Source of the DNA: Lama glama
Lineage: Eukaryota
DNA length: 64,000 nucleotides
Assembly: GCA_028534125.1 (NCBI GenBank)
Contig: CM052816.1
Span: forward strand, 48,486,001-48,550,000
Direction of reading: 5' to 3'
Below, one piece after another: positions 42,716-56,373 of the stretch. Position 1 is the first letter of the stretch, and the number at the start of each line of letters is the position of its first letter. Made by a program: the position numbers and the translations under genes. Under the pieces are notes generated by a model. That model was given only the letters and a program-made list of their open reading frames with translations, had not been told where the DNA came from and made no database searches.

Positions 42716-43286
42716 TTGTCCAAGCTTGTTCTCTTGATATATTTTTTCCATATTTTTTCCATGTTATAGTAATTATTATAATAATATACTTACTATAATA
42801 ATATATTATACTTTTATATATAATATATATTATATTTTATCATATTTATTAAATATAATATATGTTAATTTTATATATAATCAATGTGACATTATATATT
42901 GTTATAATCATGTATAATAATTATCTAAGCTTGCTAATTATTCTGCTTTCACTGAATTAATGCTTCAGTTCAAGAAGAGGGTAAGCACAGAAACTTGTAA
43001 AAAGACATTTGACTTACAAAGATAGATCCAGGGGTCTATGGAATTGGTTCAGTTGGTTGAGTCTGGGAAACAGAGCATGGCTGACTTAAATAGGCTGCAG
43101 ATTAGCTTCATTCTTCTTTTTAGAATCCTGTTGATAGTAGCCTTAGTTAAATGCTGTCTGAGACAAAATAATTAAATTTTGTTCCAGTCTTTTTCCATCA
43201 GATTAATCAGAATGGACATTGGAGTGGGATAGAATTGGGGAAACTTAGCAAGAAGTGAGAATTCAGTAGAAATTAGAGGTATATAT

Positions 43287-43709
43287 TGTTAGGATACAAT
43301 CATCCAAGTGTCTTCCGCACTTCTGCACATCTTGCAAGCAAGAGACATCTTCCTTTGGATCAGAGGACAGCTTTGTTTACTGTCAAGTATAATAAAGAGA
43401 ATGTCTGCCTCTGAAGCAAAGATCAGGCATATTTTCTTACTGCTCATTATATATTGTTCATGTTTCAGAGCTTGGAGTTCCTCTTCTGTAACTGAGCACT
43501 CTCTTCATACTTCCTGGTGGTAACTAGGACTCAGAAAAGTGGTGTAAATTTTGATAGTTCACTGCCATTACTGTGGGTATTAAAGTGTCTTTTGTTTCCT
43601 ACCCAGAACTCTCATGTCTTCTCCCAGCATCCGGGTAACTATGGCAAGCTAACTTATAAACTAGTTTGCAGTTCAGCTGAAACTTCAGTTCTATTGCAGT
43701 TCTTGATAC
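43287..43709 (+). mobile_element. MER68/MER77/MER21-like LTR
   Basis: 'tttgtttactgtcaagtataataaagagaatgtctgcctctgaagcaaagatcaggca..cttactgctcattata..ggagttcctc', ending 'cagttcttgata'. Confidence 0.6.
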
Positions 43710-43749
43710 TGGTGTAATAATGTGATCAGAATAAGTCCTCTGTGGAGGA

Positions 43750-44140
43750 GGTAGCCACACATCTGTGGAGGGAATACAAACCAGATAGCCAGTTCTGATG
43801 TGTCTCAGGGGTGTTTGATGAGGCTGATTCTGGGATTGTTACCAAAAAAATTTTAAATGCGTAATGGATTAAATTGTTGTTTTTGGACAAAACTTTAGAT
43901 ATTCAGGTGAGAAAATGCTGCTGTGGTGAAGCTAAAAGGAACAGGAAACGGGAAATGATAGAAGGGATCATGCCTCTTTCTTTTTCCTCCAAACATTCCA
44001 TCTCTTTCTGCTGTTTACTATTGTCAAGGGTAATAGGAAATTAGTTGCCAAAGCAAAAATGGAGTTCGCATAATCTCTGCCCAGCATCACAAAACTGAGT
44101 AGTTTTGGAGCTAAGAAAAAAATACTTTGGCAACTGGTGT
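43750..44140 (-). mobile_element. LTR33/LTR41-like ERVL LTR
   Basis: The reverse complement begins right after a PPT-like 'ataggatggac' with 'tacaccagttgcc..ttagctccaaa..gtgatgctgggc'. Confidence 0.5.
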
Positions 44141-45470
44141 AGTCCATCCTATTGACTGTTCAGCATCCACACATCCCATGTGCTTACATTTGAATTTGTT
44201 AAGAATACACAACCCTTTTCTTTCTCCCAATAAAGTACAACCATCCTTTGTATGAATGCATGTTTTTACATTATCCAAAATTAGAAAACACAATGTCTTT
44301 CTATAAGGTTCTAACCTGAAGCAGTAAATTAGTACCATTTAATAATTTCCTTTATTTACATAGTATTTTCAGTTAAATTCCCTAAATGCTTTCCAATGAG
44401 GCCAATGAGAGCATCAAGTTCTGAAAATATTTATACCATCCCCAGCAGCACTCTATCCAGTTCGCTGGTATTTCTAGATGCAGCAATTTGGGCAGATGGT
44501 TGACTGAAGTGAACTGCTTTTACTCTGCAGTTGGGAAGAGCCACTGCAGGTTACATGCATCCAGGTGCAGGGGATTAATTCTATCCCTGGCCTTGGGACT
44601 GTATAAGACTATATACTCAAGGGCTGGTGAATATTGGACCAATACCATTTCCTTAGAGTTTAAGATAACTATTTCTCCCATCAGGGAAAGGAACAAGTCT
44701 CCTTTTATAAACTCCACATTGATCTCCTAATGAATTGCTAGTTAAATTATTTAGAATAACAGTATCCACCTACTCTTTAATGTATTCCCAGGATCCTGTT
44801 TTGTGTTTGGCTACAACACTTACCTCTTACCCTTTGTCTCTCCCTATACCAGCAGATGCCTCTCAGAGGAAGAGATCCTATGATTGATGGCTGCATTTTT
44901 ACTTACCACTCCCTAAATTGCCTAACAAATATACAAAAGGGTCTTCTTTCTTCCAACACACACAGTTTAATATCTACAAATTTTCAAAACTAAAGTTCAG
45001 CATGTATCCTGTAGCCACTGAGTCTCACTGTTATTCAGGTCCTCCCAGTACTCACTTCATTTCTCAGATTAACCCAACTGACACAGTGGGTTAACCTGGA
45101 CAACAATTTATGTTCCAGGTTCAGAGATTGGCACACAGAAAAGTTCTGTTTTGATTAAAATTGATGTAACTTAGCTTATTACAAAGTCAATGAACAAGAG
45201 GGCAATATAAAATCATGGATAAAACTAAGAGGAAGTGGTTCCCCATTGCTTCATTTATTGCTCAATGAGGAGCCTCACTAAGTCAGTGATATCACCAGCT
45301 CAGGAAAAAAATGAGAAATCTATCAGACAAGGGCAGACTAGGGCACAAATAAACACTCAAGGGTGTGCTTCATTACCAGAAGATATTTTTTACTTTTCCA
45401 TAATTAGATGTTTCCACATTTTATTTCTTATTGAATCATTAGATCTACTCAAATATTCAGAGTGATAGGA
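44141..45470 (-). mobile_element. Decayed ERVL internal region
   Basis: Minus-strand 'gggatgtgtggatgctgaacagtcaataggatggac' matches the ERVL internal 3' end/PPT; the remainder is weakly similar. Confidence 0.4.
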
Positions 45471-48149
45471 CTTTGTCTTATGTATGACCCAGAGAATGAG
45501 AGTCTGAACTTTTTTTCAGTAAGAACTACCTGTTTTGATTTATTCTGCATTTCGTTGGAAATCTTTGCTACACAATCTGGTGATGGCACTGATTTGAATT
45601 CTGGATAAATATATTAAACAGAGAAAAGTATCCCTGTTCAATGACACTACTTTCATTTTTCTTTCAGTGGTGTTCTTTATAACTCCACTAAGAATTTGTT
45701 AGCAATTGAGCTTTGTAACAGCTGCTGGCTGTATAAAATTTCTTTCTGATTCTATTTATTTTATTTCTTTCACTGCAGTTGACAATATCATACCAATTGG
45801 AATGTCACTGTTAGAAATCCCCTCACAATATCTTCTGCAAAAGTCTGCAAAAGTGTAAAAGACTAAAAACCACTAGAACCTTCTTAGCTTTCTGCTTTAA
45901 CAGAAATTTATCCCATAAGAATACATATATTTGTCCTAGTTTTTCTAAGTCTTTTGTGCATTGGACACAAATAATTAATTTTTAAAAATGTGTTTCCTGT
46001 ATCAGTATTAAATATGTAAAAAATTCTGATTTCTATAAATAAATACTACAAGTGTTTTACAAAAGTGCTTATTACAAAATGACAGATCATTTATATAAAA
46101 TGCTTATATGTTAAAACTGGAATTTTGGAGAAACATTTTTCATAGTTCAGGCTTTACTAACAGACTGTACATAATTGTATTTAGAATATATTCAAGAAAC
46201 TATATAGAAGACATATAAGTTTTCAACTGTGTACAAAATTATGGATCTTCAAATTTTCTTTTCTCTTTTTTACATTAATTTTGATAATGTTTATGTCTGC
46301 ATCCTTATTTTTAAAACATCTGATTAATGTGCCAATTATCTTAATTGTTGTGCAGAATTCCTTCTGAATCTGCTGTTAATTTACAATCAATTAAACTCAC
46401 TCTTTGAAAGTTTGGAAATAAACAAAAATCCTTTTTTCTTTAACGTCTAAATATTTACATTCAAAATGAGAGAGATGAAGTAACTAGGCTAATTGTATTA
46501 GTCATATATTGGTAAGTCTGTACTTCTAATGACGTACAATGACTTTTTTATTTATTGGCTTCTAGCCTGAAATAGATAAGCATTCACTTTGAGTTTCCAA
46601 ATCTCTTAGTCTGTGTTGACAGAGCTAAAAAATTAGTTTCTAAACAAAAAAACGTTTATACATGCCTATGGATTTGCAGTTGGCGATACTGATTTATATA
46701 TAAATTTGCCTATGGTTTCTTTCTTTACATTTTGTAAATGTACATTCTGGAGTATTGTCATGGAAAAAAATATATGTAGGGTGTATGTGTTTATATGTAT
46801 GATTATGCCTGCAACTTTTGTTTTCTGAATACCCTAAAATATTTATTATGATAATTATTAAATAATTCCAAATCTCAATGAATTTACAATACAAAGATTT
46901 TTTAATGATTATGCTGAAATATATCAACATCATTTTCTTGTGTCTTGTGCAAAGAGTGATATTTTCCCTTTCCCATTGAACTCTCATACCAATTTTGCTC
47001 TTTAGAGAAAAACTGTTGAATGTCTGACTAGAGCTAAGTAGTTTCAGGGTGAACATTGATGTTGGCAAAAATTTGAGGAAAGATTTTTTTAAAGGATTTT
47101 AAAAATGTTTCTAACACATTTTTTACAGTAAAATTCAGAAAACCCCAAAGAATACAATGAATGGATGTTACTTTTTTAATTTATAAAACTTATGTAAGAA
47201 AAAATACTTTAATACTCAAATTTGTTATCCATGTAAATAATATCCCCAAAATAGAATACTTTGTTTCAGTTGTTTGTAATAGAACATCACAGTCAACAGT
47301 CATCCTTATATAGTGATTATGATTTTTTAAAATGTTGAAACAAATCTAAAAAGTGGAACTTAAAAGTTTGTATAATATCATAGTTATCAAGTATATTGAA
47401 GTTATTACTTTGAAAACCCAGTAAAGTATGGTATTGAGCATAAATATATATATATATATTTAGCCAATTTCTTAGAGTAGAATGGATGGAAATAAATAGC
47501 CAAATATGGATGTATACTGAAAAAATGTCTTAAAACAAACAAACAAAAATTAAAGATCCTCAAAAGTTTAACATTATGTATAATAACAAAAATTGGTATT
47601 CTACTGTAATCACTTGTTTTGGTTACAAAGTATTAACCATAACCTTCTAGAAGTAGATTTGATAGTGGATTTGAAAGAATATCAAACAGCTGACTGCATT
47701 GACAGAAAGATGATGATAAACAAGATTCAGATAACAGGCAGGAACAGGCATATAACAAGGAATCTATACCACAAGAACCACAGCAAAAGCCGTGTAAGAG
47801 CAATGGTCTGGTATATAACCCTCCACCAGTGGTGGCTGTTATCTTTGGAAACTCTCCACCACCACTGAGAAACTCTACACACTAACACCAGTAAGCATTC
47901 ATAATCATCCCTGAACTTTTGCTTTGTTTTCTCAAGTTTCAAAGTCCTAGGCAAGCATATCAAATTGACTTAGCCTAAATATGCAGCACTACACACAATG
48001 ACAAATTCCCTGAAATGTAATAATATATAGATCTTAAGTGGCCAACACACACACATGCACACACACACAAAGAATAGATGTTTTGCTGTATGTTCAAATG
48101 AATGAAAAGGATAAAGCCTGCATTCTTATTACTGTGGAATCCTTGGCAA

Positions 48150-50190
48150 CAGTTGAGTTATGGCTTTAAATATCTTAACAAAAATGACATAAAATTTTTT
48201 ATTCTAAACTCAAATAAAAAAATCAGTTGAGAGAACAAAACAAAAATTTCATTAGATAGGAAAGAACAAATAAAGTTTACCTGTCACATACTTTCTGAAA
48301 AAGTTACTTTGAATATAGACTCTGATAAATAAATGTTAGAGAAGAGAGAGATATATGGGAAACACAATATTATAACACTAATCATGTACCCACAGGAAGA
48401 AATCCTGGGAAATACTAAAAAGTAGATATAGAAAGCAATCATTTGAAACAACTAACAGAAGTTGAGGGTTCCAAGAAATAAGTCTTCAAGGTGAATAGAA
48501 TGGCTTTGAAGCTAAAGATTAAATGACAAAAGAGATAGGTAGTATTGATAACATGGTAAGAGAAAACAAATCGTCAATGAAGGAATATAAAGATAAATAA
48601 AAAACAGAGAAAGTGTATGAGAAATATGATCCATATAAAAGACATATTGAAAGTTGGTATGATACAAAGAAATTATTTCAGGAAAAAGGTAATTCAGTTT
48701 TAATGCAAGGGATATTTTGGTACAAATTTTAGAGAGGTAATTATTTTGGATAAGAGAGAGAGTGTGAAGTAAGAGGAAGGAAGGAAGAATGGCAGGCAAG
48801 AAGGAAAGAAGGATATCCTAATATCCCAGTATAAAAAATAGCTCTACAATGAACAATACTTATAATCACTTTTGGGGTTTTAGTATGTAGAATCAATCTA
48901 TGAATAAAATATTAAATAATTGAATATTGTTGTACATCAGAACATAAGTGATTTCTAATATATATATGTAAAAGTTAGAGAATAGCTAAGAGATAGCAGA
49001 AAATTGAAGGGGAGGAGACCAGATTATGCTTCACAATTTCAGATATAGATTTTTTTTAAATTATAAACAACCCATGCACATTTTATAAAAATATAAAAAC
49101 TTAGACCAATTTGATGACTTTGTGGCAAAAAAATTGAATTAGCAAAACTTAAGAAGCAGCAGAAAACTTACATTTTACAATTATTAGAAGAAATTAAGGA
49201 GAGAATGTCAAAATGTAATCAAATATCTTCCACGATGAAGAAATAAAACTAGATATTTCTTTGTATGTGTTCTACTAAGAATACAAATAATTTCCGTGTT
49301 ACATAGATATTTGTTATATAGATGTAGAACAATGTGATATTATCTAATTCATTATACCATAGCAAGAAATGAAAGATATAAAAGAATAAAATATAAACCA
49401 TTCTCTTCATATACTTGGTTGTAAATGTTTAAAATAAGCTGTTGGAAAATTTATCCCTGAAACTATATTAATAAAATTATTTTATGCAAGAATATAAGCA
49501 ACACATTAATTAGTAACAGCAGATTCAAAAAAGAAAACCATAAAATTATCTCTACAGATTTTTTTTTTTTGTTGCTAGAAATCTGGATCCTTTATCAAGC
49601 TTGATTTTCAGGGAAACTTGCTAAGATTGATGAAGGCTATCTCCAGAAAGCTACAGCAACCCAGTAACTAGAATGGTGCTAAGCCTACTATAGACGCTCA
49701 TTATAATACTTGCTGAATGAAGAAATACAAAGAAACTTAAATTCAACAACAAAAGTAAATACTTTAGCAATTGTTTAAGCATAAAGAACTTGGAAGAGAC
49801 ATACAAATACACTGATGTGAATTACCTTTAAACAGGAATTTAATTGTAATTATAATCATAATGAAAAAGCTTATTGTCCATTGGTTTATTGAAAAGTTAA
49901 AAAAAATTACAACTATGTTAGCCAAGTTATAGGAAAATGATATTTTCACACACTCTTGGTAAATGTATAAAATTCTATATTATTCTTTGGAAGGTTATTT
50001 GGTTTCATCTAGATTATTTTTATGTACATAGTTTCCAAGGCAGCAATTAAATTAATGGGTTTGAGATAATTGAACACATAGATAAAGGCATAATAATCGC
50101 ATTAGTCATTGTGGCATTGTTTTACAATAAGGTTACTTGTATAACTTACATGTCTAATAATAAGGGAATAATGAAATAAATTCTAGAATA
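48150..50190 (+). mobile_element. Very old L1M fragments (ORF1/ORF2/3' end)
   Basis: A-rich degenerate L1 text ('aaaatataaaccattctcttcat', 'aagaaaaccataaaattatctctacagat', 'cacactcttggtaaatgtataaa'). Confidence 0.5.
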
Positions 50191-50194
50191 TCTA

Positions 50195-52740
50195 TAGTGT
50201 AGAACAGTAAGTTTTCAGTGCACAAGATTGCACTTCTTTTGTGAACTTCATTTTGAAGCATTTTGTTCCTTTTGATATTAATTTATATGAAACTGTTCTC
50301 ATATCATTATTGACTGGTTCATTTCTAGTGTATAGAAATGCTGTCTGCATATTAATCTGTATCTTAGAATGTTGCTCAACTCTTTTATTGGTTCTAATAA
50401 TTTTATTAGTGAATTTCATAGGATTTTCTATATACCAGACAAAAAGACATTGCTTTACTTCTTTATTTTCCACTTGAATACATTTTATTTCTTTTTCTTG
50501 CCTAAATTCCCTGGATAGAAACTTTAGTACAATGTTAAATAGATAATGGCCTTTTCCCTTCAATTCTGTCAATTTTTGCTTCATGGGTTTTGGGATCTGT
50601 TGTTAAGTACAAGTATGTTGATAATAGGGTGAGATTGACGCTTCCATCATTATAAAATATGCCTCTTCTTGCTGCTAATATTCTACTGTTAAGTTTATTT
50701 TATCTGATATTAATTTATTCACTTCAGCCTTCTTATAGCCACTCTTTACATGATATATATTTTTTCCATCCTTTATGTTCTACCTATTTGTATCTTTGAA
50801 CCTAAAATGTGCCTCATATACAGTTGGACTTTTAAAAATTCATTGATAGTATTTCCCTTTTGATCAGATTGTTAATCTTTTTGCATTTAACGCTATTATT
50901 TATATAGTTGAATTTATGCCACCGTTTACTTCTAGTTTTCTATACATTTTATGTCTTTTTTGTACCTCTGTTTCTCCTTACTGCCTTTTTGGGGCACTAA
51001 TTGAATGTCTTCTAGTGGAGTATTTGAACTCTTTTAGTATTTTTTTCATATATTTTTAGCTATTATCTTAGTAGTTGCTTTGTGACTTACCATATATGTC
51101 TTATCAGAATTAACTTCCCATTTGTACTAAATTAATTTCAGTGAGATACAGAAATTTTACCTCTGTATCACTCTATCCCCTCTTCCACTTGTTTTTGTTA
51201 CTGTTGTTATACAAATTACATCTATATATGTTAAAACCAACAATACAATTCTAAAATTATTACTTTACATACTTGAATGTCTTTAAAGACTCCAAGCCAA
51301 AGGAGGGGGAACATGTATAAATTTAAACAGTTAATATATTAACTTTTTATTGGATATTTTAGATAATATATTTAGTAGCTCTATATATGACTCTTATTCT
51401 GGGGCTTGTTGTTTTTGTTTTTGGTTTTGTTTTTTTTTTTAATCTTAGTGACTTAGTTGTACTAATTTAATAAAGTCTATTTCTCCTACATCTGGAGGCA
51501 GGAGACTTTGCTGTCATTCCTCTGAGGGCACAGGACTGGGCATGCTCACAATAGCCCTGTAGTGTATGGTTTTAGCAGGTTCTCTTTAACTATCTCCTTA
51601 GTATCTGTGCTGAGCAGTCTGCCTCTGTAGGTATCGGAGTGTCACAATCAGTCACTAATTGCTGACTGATAGCTCTATTGTTTGCATCAATGATTGCAGC
51701 ATAAATTACTCCAAAGTCTAATCCAGTTAAATTTGGGCCCCTTTGCAGAGTTGTTTTTGAGGAAAGGGTTGAGATTTTCTTCTAACCATAGAAAGGCTCT
51801 TCTTAACTGTCTCTTTCTCTGGGCTCCTCTGGGAAAGTAGCTGGCCTGTGATGTTACTTGTTGTTGTGGAGCTACCAGCCTGATCTTAGTTGCTTAGCAC
51901 AGAAATCTCTTGTGTTTTTGAGAATGCCCTAGGCTTGAAATTCCAACACTCTGTTACAAATAATGGCAGTTCCCTTAGGGAGAGCTTCAGAATTCTCTGT
52001 TCTTATGGCCTTCATCTTCCCCTGGGGAAAATTCCTGAGCCACTGCTCTAGAGCTTGGGACTGGATTGGTGTCCTGCTTCTCTTGGTGTGAAAACCCTAC
52101 CTTATGACCAGAGCGCTGTTCTGAGACTATGCTTCTGGTATTGTTGGCATACCTCTCCTAGCCAGTAGCCCCTGCTCTATGAATTAGCTGGAGCAGGGGT
52201 GACAGGTATTCCCATATTCTTATCCTTCCTTACCTGAATTAGAGCCTCTTCCCTGTGGAAGCTGCATGGAGAAAGGGAGCTCCCACACTCTCAGTCTCGT
52301 TTACCCAGTATTTGGTCTCTGCGACACAGAGCTGAAAAGAAAGAGGAATTCTGACTGCCTGTCCCTACCAGTAGTATTCTTTGGCACTTGACTGAGAAGA
52401 GTAAAGATGGAGCTCTCTCCTCCTGATCACATCTACTCGGAGTAGTTCTTCCACCATGCTGAGCTTGAGGGGTCGGGGAAGGGAGGAAGTAGCTTGTGTC
52501 TTAAGTACCTCAGACTCTTGTTGTTCTCCCTAAGATTTAGTAGATTTTCTGAAAGAGGTATTTCTTTTGCTGTATTCCTCTAGGAGAATTTCCAGTGACT
52601 TCTCCCAGGCAAAATGTCTGAACCCCTTCTCAGATCATTGTTTTGTTAGTGTTGGGTTTATTTTAATACCTCCATAATTTTCACCATTCATTGTTGTTTC
52701 ATTGGAGAAAGGATCTGCAGAACTCCTCGTGCAGCTATTA
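50195..52740 (-). mobile_element. Old L1M, internally deleted (ORF2 pieces + 5' region)
   Basis: ORF 50192..50584 joins EN-domain KQKLTELKG to RT-region LFNIVL..RQEKEIK..AFLYT. A GC-richer 5'-UTR-like sequence lies at 51.5-52.7 kb. Confidence 0.7.
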
Positions 52741-52795
52741 CATAAGCAGGTGTACATATATTCCTGTATTTTTTGTAAAGTTAAAATTTATTAAA

Positions 52796-52798
<3 letters not shown>

Positions 52799-52840
<42 letters not shown>
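52799..52840. repeat. (GT)21 microsatellite
   Basis: Direct reading. Confidence 0.95.
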
Positions 52841-52842
<2 letters not shown>

Positions 52843-53379
52843 CACCCTACTTTCAAAAACTGAGGCTTGGAAATGCTATTCCCAACTTCCATGGGGAATA
52901 TATCAGTCCTACAAGTTGAATCCAGTTTTCCTTAATTATAGTTTTGGAATTTTTGCCACTAACAATACTATTTTAGAAAGTGCCACAAGGTGAGTTAAAC
53001 TTCAAGGTAGATACAGTAATATCAGGTTATTGCAAAGCTAGCGAACACTTAGCAAGTACAGTACCATTTATCTATTACTTGCCTGTAGAAGTCTGAGTTA
53101 ATAGATTATAGCACTTTTTCTTTATCTGGATGCAGCCTTAATTTTTTTTTTAATTTTATACTTCAGGAAGGTATTATTGAACTTTCAAAATTGACCACAG
53201 TTTGACACCTCTATGGTGAAACAATGTTCTCATTCATTCATTGAAAATTTAGTGGGTAGTAAACCAGTACCTTGAAAAATGTATATATTAGGACAGGAGA
53301 TGGATGTTTTAATATTTTAGATTATTTATCAAAATTTAAATTATTATATATCTTTTTTAAAAAGTAGGAAGCAAAGAGC

Positions 53380-53585
53380 TAGGACAAAATTTATCAAATG
53401 TTTATATCCCTCAGAATCACCTAGTTAACTTGTTAGAAATGTAGATATCTGAATTTCTATTCTCAAAGTGCCGAATCATAAAAACTGAAAGTTGACATTT
53501 AAGAATCTTCATTTCTAACTATCACTGACACTAGTTTCTGATATCAAAAGTCCATCAACAGCAACTTCAGAAACCCCTGTCTAAA
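53380..53585. mobile_element. MER5-like hAT-Charlie DNA transposon
   Basis: 'tcagaatcaccta..cttgttagaaatgtagat..gaatc..aatcttcatttctaac..cttcagaaacccctg'. Confidence 0.6.
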
Positions 53586-55989
53586 GTGAACATCCAATTC
53601 TAATGCTTATTTAGTTATGCTATGTGTGAAAATGATAATAGTTCATAGTTTCAAAAGGTTTCTTTGTCAAATATGGATAATATTAATAAATTACTAGGAT
53701 TCTTTGCAGTTAAATGGGGTTAAGTATGCAAAATTTTACATTTGATAGTTATTTTTCACTCATGCATAATAAAATTATCAGTGTCTGTCTTTCCTGTATT
53801 ACTGGTCATAGCAATATGTGCATATTCAGAGACTTGGGAAATAATCTGTATTTCTGGTCTTCTTAGAAGATTTTTTTCACTATATCACTCCATCAGAAGA
53901 TGCCTTCCCTGAGAACAATTGAAAGTAGCTTTTATTGACTATTGTCCTTAGAACACTAGATCAAGGTTTTAGAATAATGTTTTCTCCTAATATCTGAAAT
54001 AACACTCTGCAAAAGGAAAAATATTACCTTGAGTTATACTGAATGATAGTCACAGAAATAGTTCTATGATCAGAAGGGAGAGATTCTTTAAATGTAGAGC
54101 AAAGTGTTAACAACTAGAATGCTCTTTGACCCAGTCCAGTGGAAATACCAACTTGGACCCCAAAGAGATTGAAGTAGTCACCTTTTATGTGCCTAGTAAA
54201 AAGAGCTTTTGGAATCAAAAAGCTTTTCCTGCCATAAAGGTAAGGTCTCGCTAAACTAAGAGCAAGAAAACAGTCGCTGAAGTTTTATACATTCATAGAC
54301 CAGAAGAAAGAGAAGCAGAGCCATCAGGAATAATTGGTAGAGAAAAGGGAAATATCAGGGCTCTGCTGGAAAGAAATATAACTATATTCTATTCAGCAGA
54401 GGCTCAAAGACAAAGATATTTTTTATTACCATTGTAATACTTCATATAAACTTGAGTTTTTCTCCTATAGGTTTGTAGATTATGAAAGCCTATGAAAACA
54501 AAGAGTAGATTATGAAATGTTTGGACATTATAATTTATTAACAGTACAAATTTTTGGACATGCATACAAATACATGGAAATATCTGTGTTTATATGAATT
54601 ACACGCTCATATAGAATGATGGTCTGCTTTAGTAAAATTTCTCATCATATTCCATATTAAAAAATCATATTTGAAATAACATTTAACACTTAAATATATT
54701 GAGTTATTCACTCACATTTTTAATCTACAATAAATGATTTTTTCCAAGCATCAAAATATTCTCATTTTAGAACAAAGTTTTTTTTTTATGAAGAAAGACA
54801 TTTGTTTCTAAAAAATAGAAAAAAATAACAGTGAAGTATACTACCATTTTGTACAAAGATTCTTTGTTTTTTTTAATTCCTTTTTAGGAAAATCTGGAAT
54901 GGAAAGATTAAAAATCAGTGTAAAGCTAGATATACAGTAAAAACAAAAACATTATATAAACCAGTTTTAATTATAAAATTTTCATAGCAAATGCCAATGA
55001 GGCAATCATGTGTTACGATTACCATTGAATTTCATGCCAAGCTATCATTAAAGGTGATAATCCACCATTTAGAATAGTTGACCCAGAAGTTACCCTCCAA
55101 TTTTTTCTAAAATTGATGCTCAGAACATGTCTTCATTCTTACAGCAATTATGGACAAAATATTTCTATTTCAAAAGTAGCAAATTGCAGCCCTAAAATGG
55201 AGATAATCTCTACTTTTAGATGTGATCATTACCCAAGTTAGTTCCAAGCACTATGAGTTTAACAAACTTGTGTAGGAAGATTTTTCTGTTAAAATATTGA
55301 ATGCAAAGCGAAGAATAGAAATAAAATAAAATCAACTCAATTCATACAGGAAGGTTAAGTTTTAGTTCGAGAGAAAATTAACTTTTCCCCTTAGTTTACC
55401 ATTCTTACACAATTTGTGGTCATATGGCATGTACTTTTTTTTTTGTAATCATAAGAACAAGTCATGATTATTGCAGAAGATGAATAAAGTTCCATGAAAT
55501 ATAGCAACCAGTATGCAAATTATATATAACCCTACTACTCAGAAATAAGTTCTATATGTATTTGTGTATTTATCTTTTTGGTATATGTACATTCACAACT
55601 TGCAATCATCTTACAAATTCAGTGTCTGTAGTAATTTTCTTTAACATTATAATGTAAATATTAATTAATAATTTAAAATTTTTAAAAAATCACTTTAAGT
55701 AATTGTACAATATTACATTAGGTGAGCTTGTTCTTTAAATTTAAGCAGCCATTACTCAGTGTTTACATATGGGTTATTTCTTTTTGTGGTGGGTAAGACT
55801 CGATATTCATTAGAGATCAAAACTCATGAAAAGAAAGAGGAAACAACAGGATTGAGCAGAGGGATAATGTAATTCAGGCCCAATGAACCCTCATCCAGTC
55901 TGGCTGCTCATTGGTCTGTGTGTCTACTCTCTGATAATACCACATTGTTCTGAATATGTAGTTACATAGAAAGCCTCACCAGTGAGAAA

Positions 55990-56373
55990 TGTGATTCTTT
56001 AAACTTTATAGTTCTTTTTAATTTTTTTTTTGCTTTTTCCTATAAATTGTAGAATAAGCTTGTCTATGTCTACAAAAAATAACTTTTTGGAAATTTTGAT
56101 AGGAATTTCGTTAAACCTGTGTATCATTTGGGAGAATTAATTTTGTTCTGTTGATTCTTCAAGTCAATGAGCATGATACATTTCTCCATTTATGTATGTT
56201 TTCACTGATTTTGTTCATTGCATTTTATAATTTTCATAGTACAGATGATATCCATGTTTAACTAGATTTAGATATAAATATTTTATTTACTTTGGAGCAA
56301 CTATAAATAGTATCCCACTTTTTAAAATGTTTAATCTTCATTTGCTTATTTTCACTATGTACAATACAATTAA
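55990..56373 (-). mobile_element. Old L1M ORF2 fragment
   Basis: 'tataaattgtagaataagcttgtctatgtctacaaaaa..ttttgataggaatt..ttgggagaatt' is antisense L1 ORF2. Confidence 0.75.

Noticed and set aside
42740..42925. Extremely AT-rich tract
   Set aside because: Degenerate (TA)n low-complexity sequence without regular structure
50192..50584. The deletion in this L1 removes roughly the same EN-to-RT interval that is inserted at 57862-59586
   Set aside because: The elements differ greatly in age and the endpoints overlap rather than complement each other; coincidence
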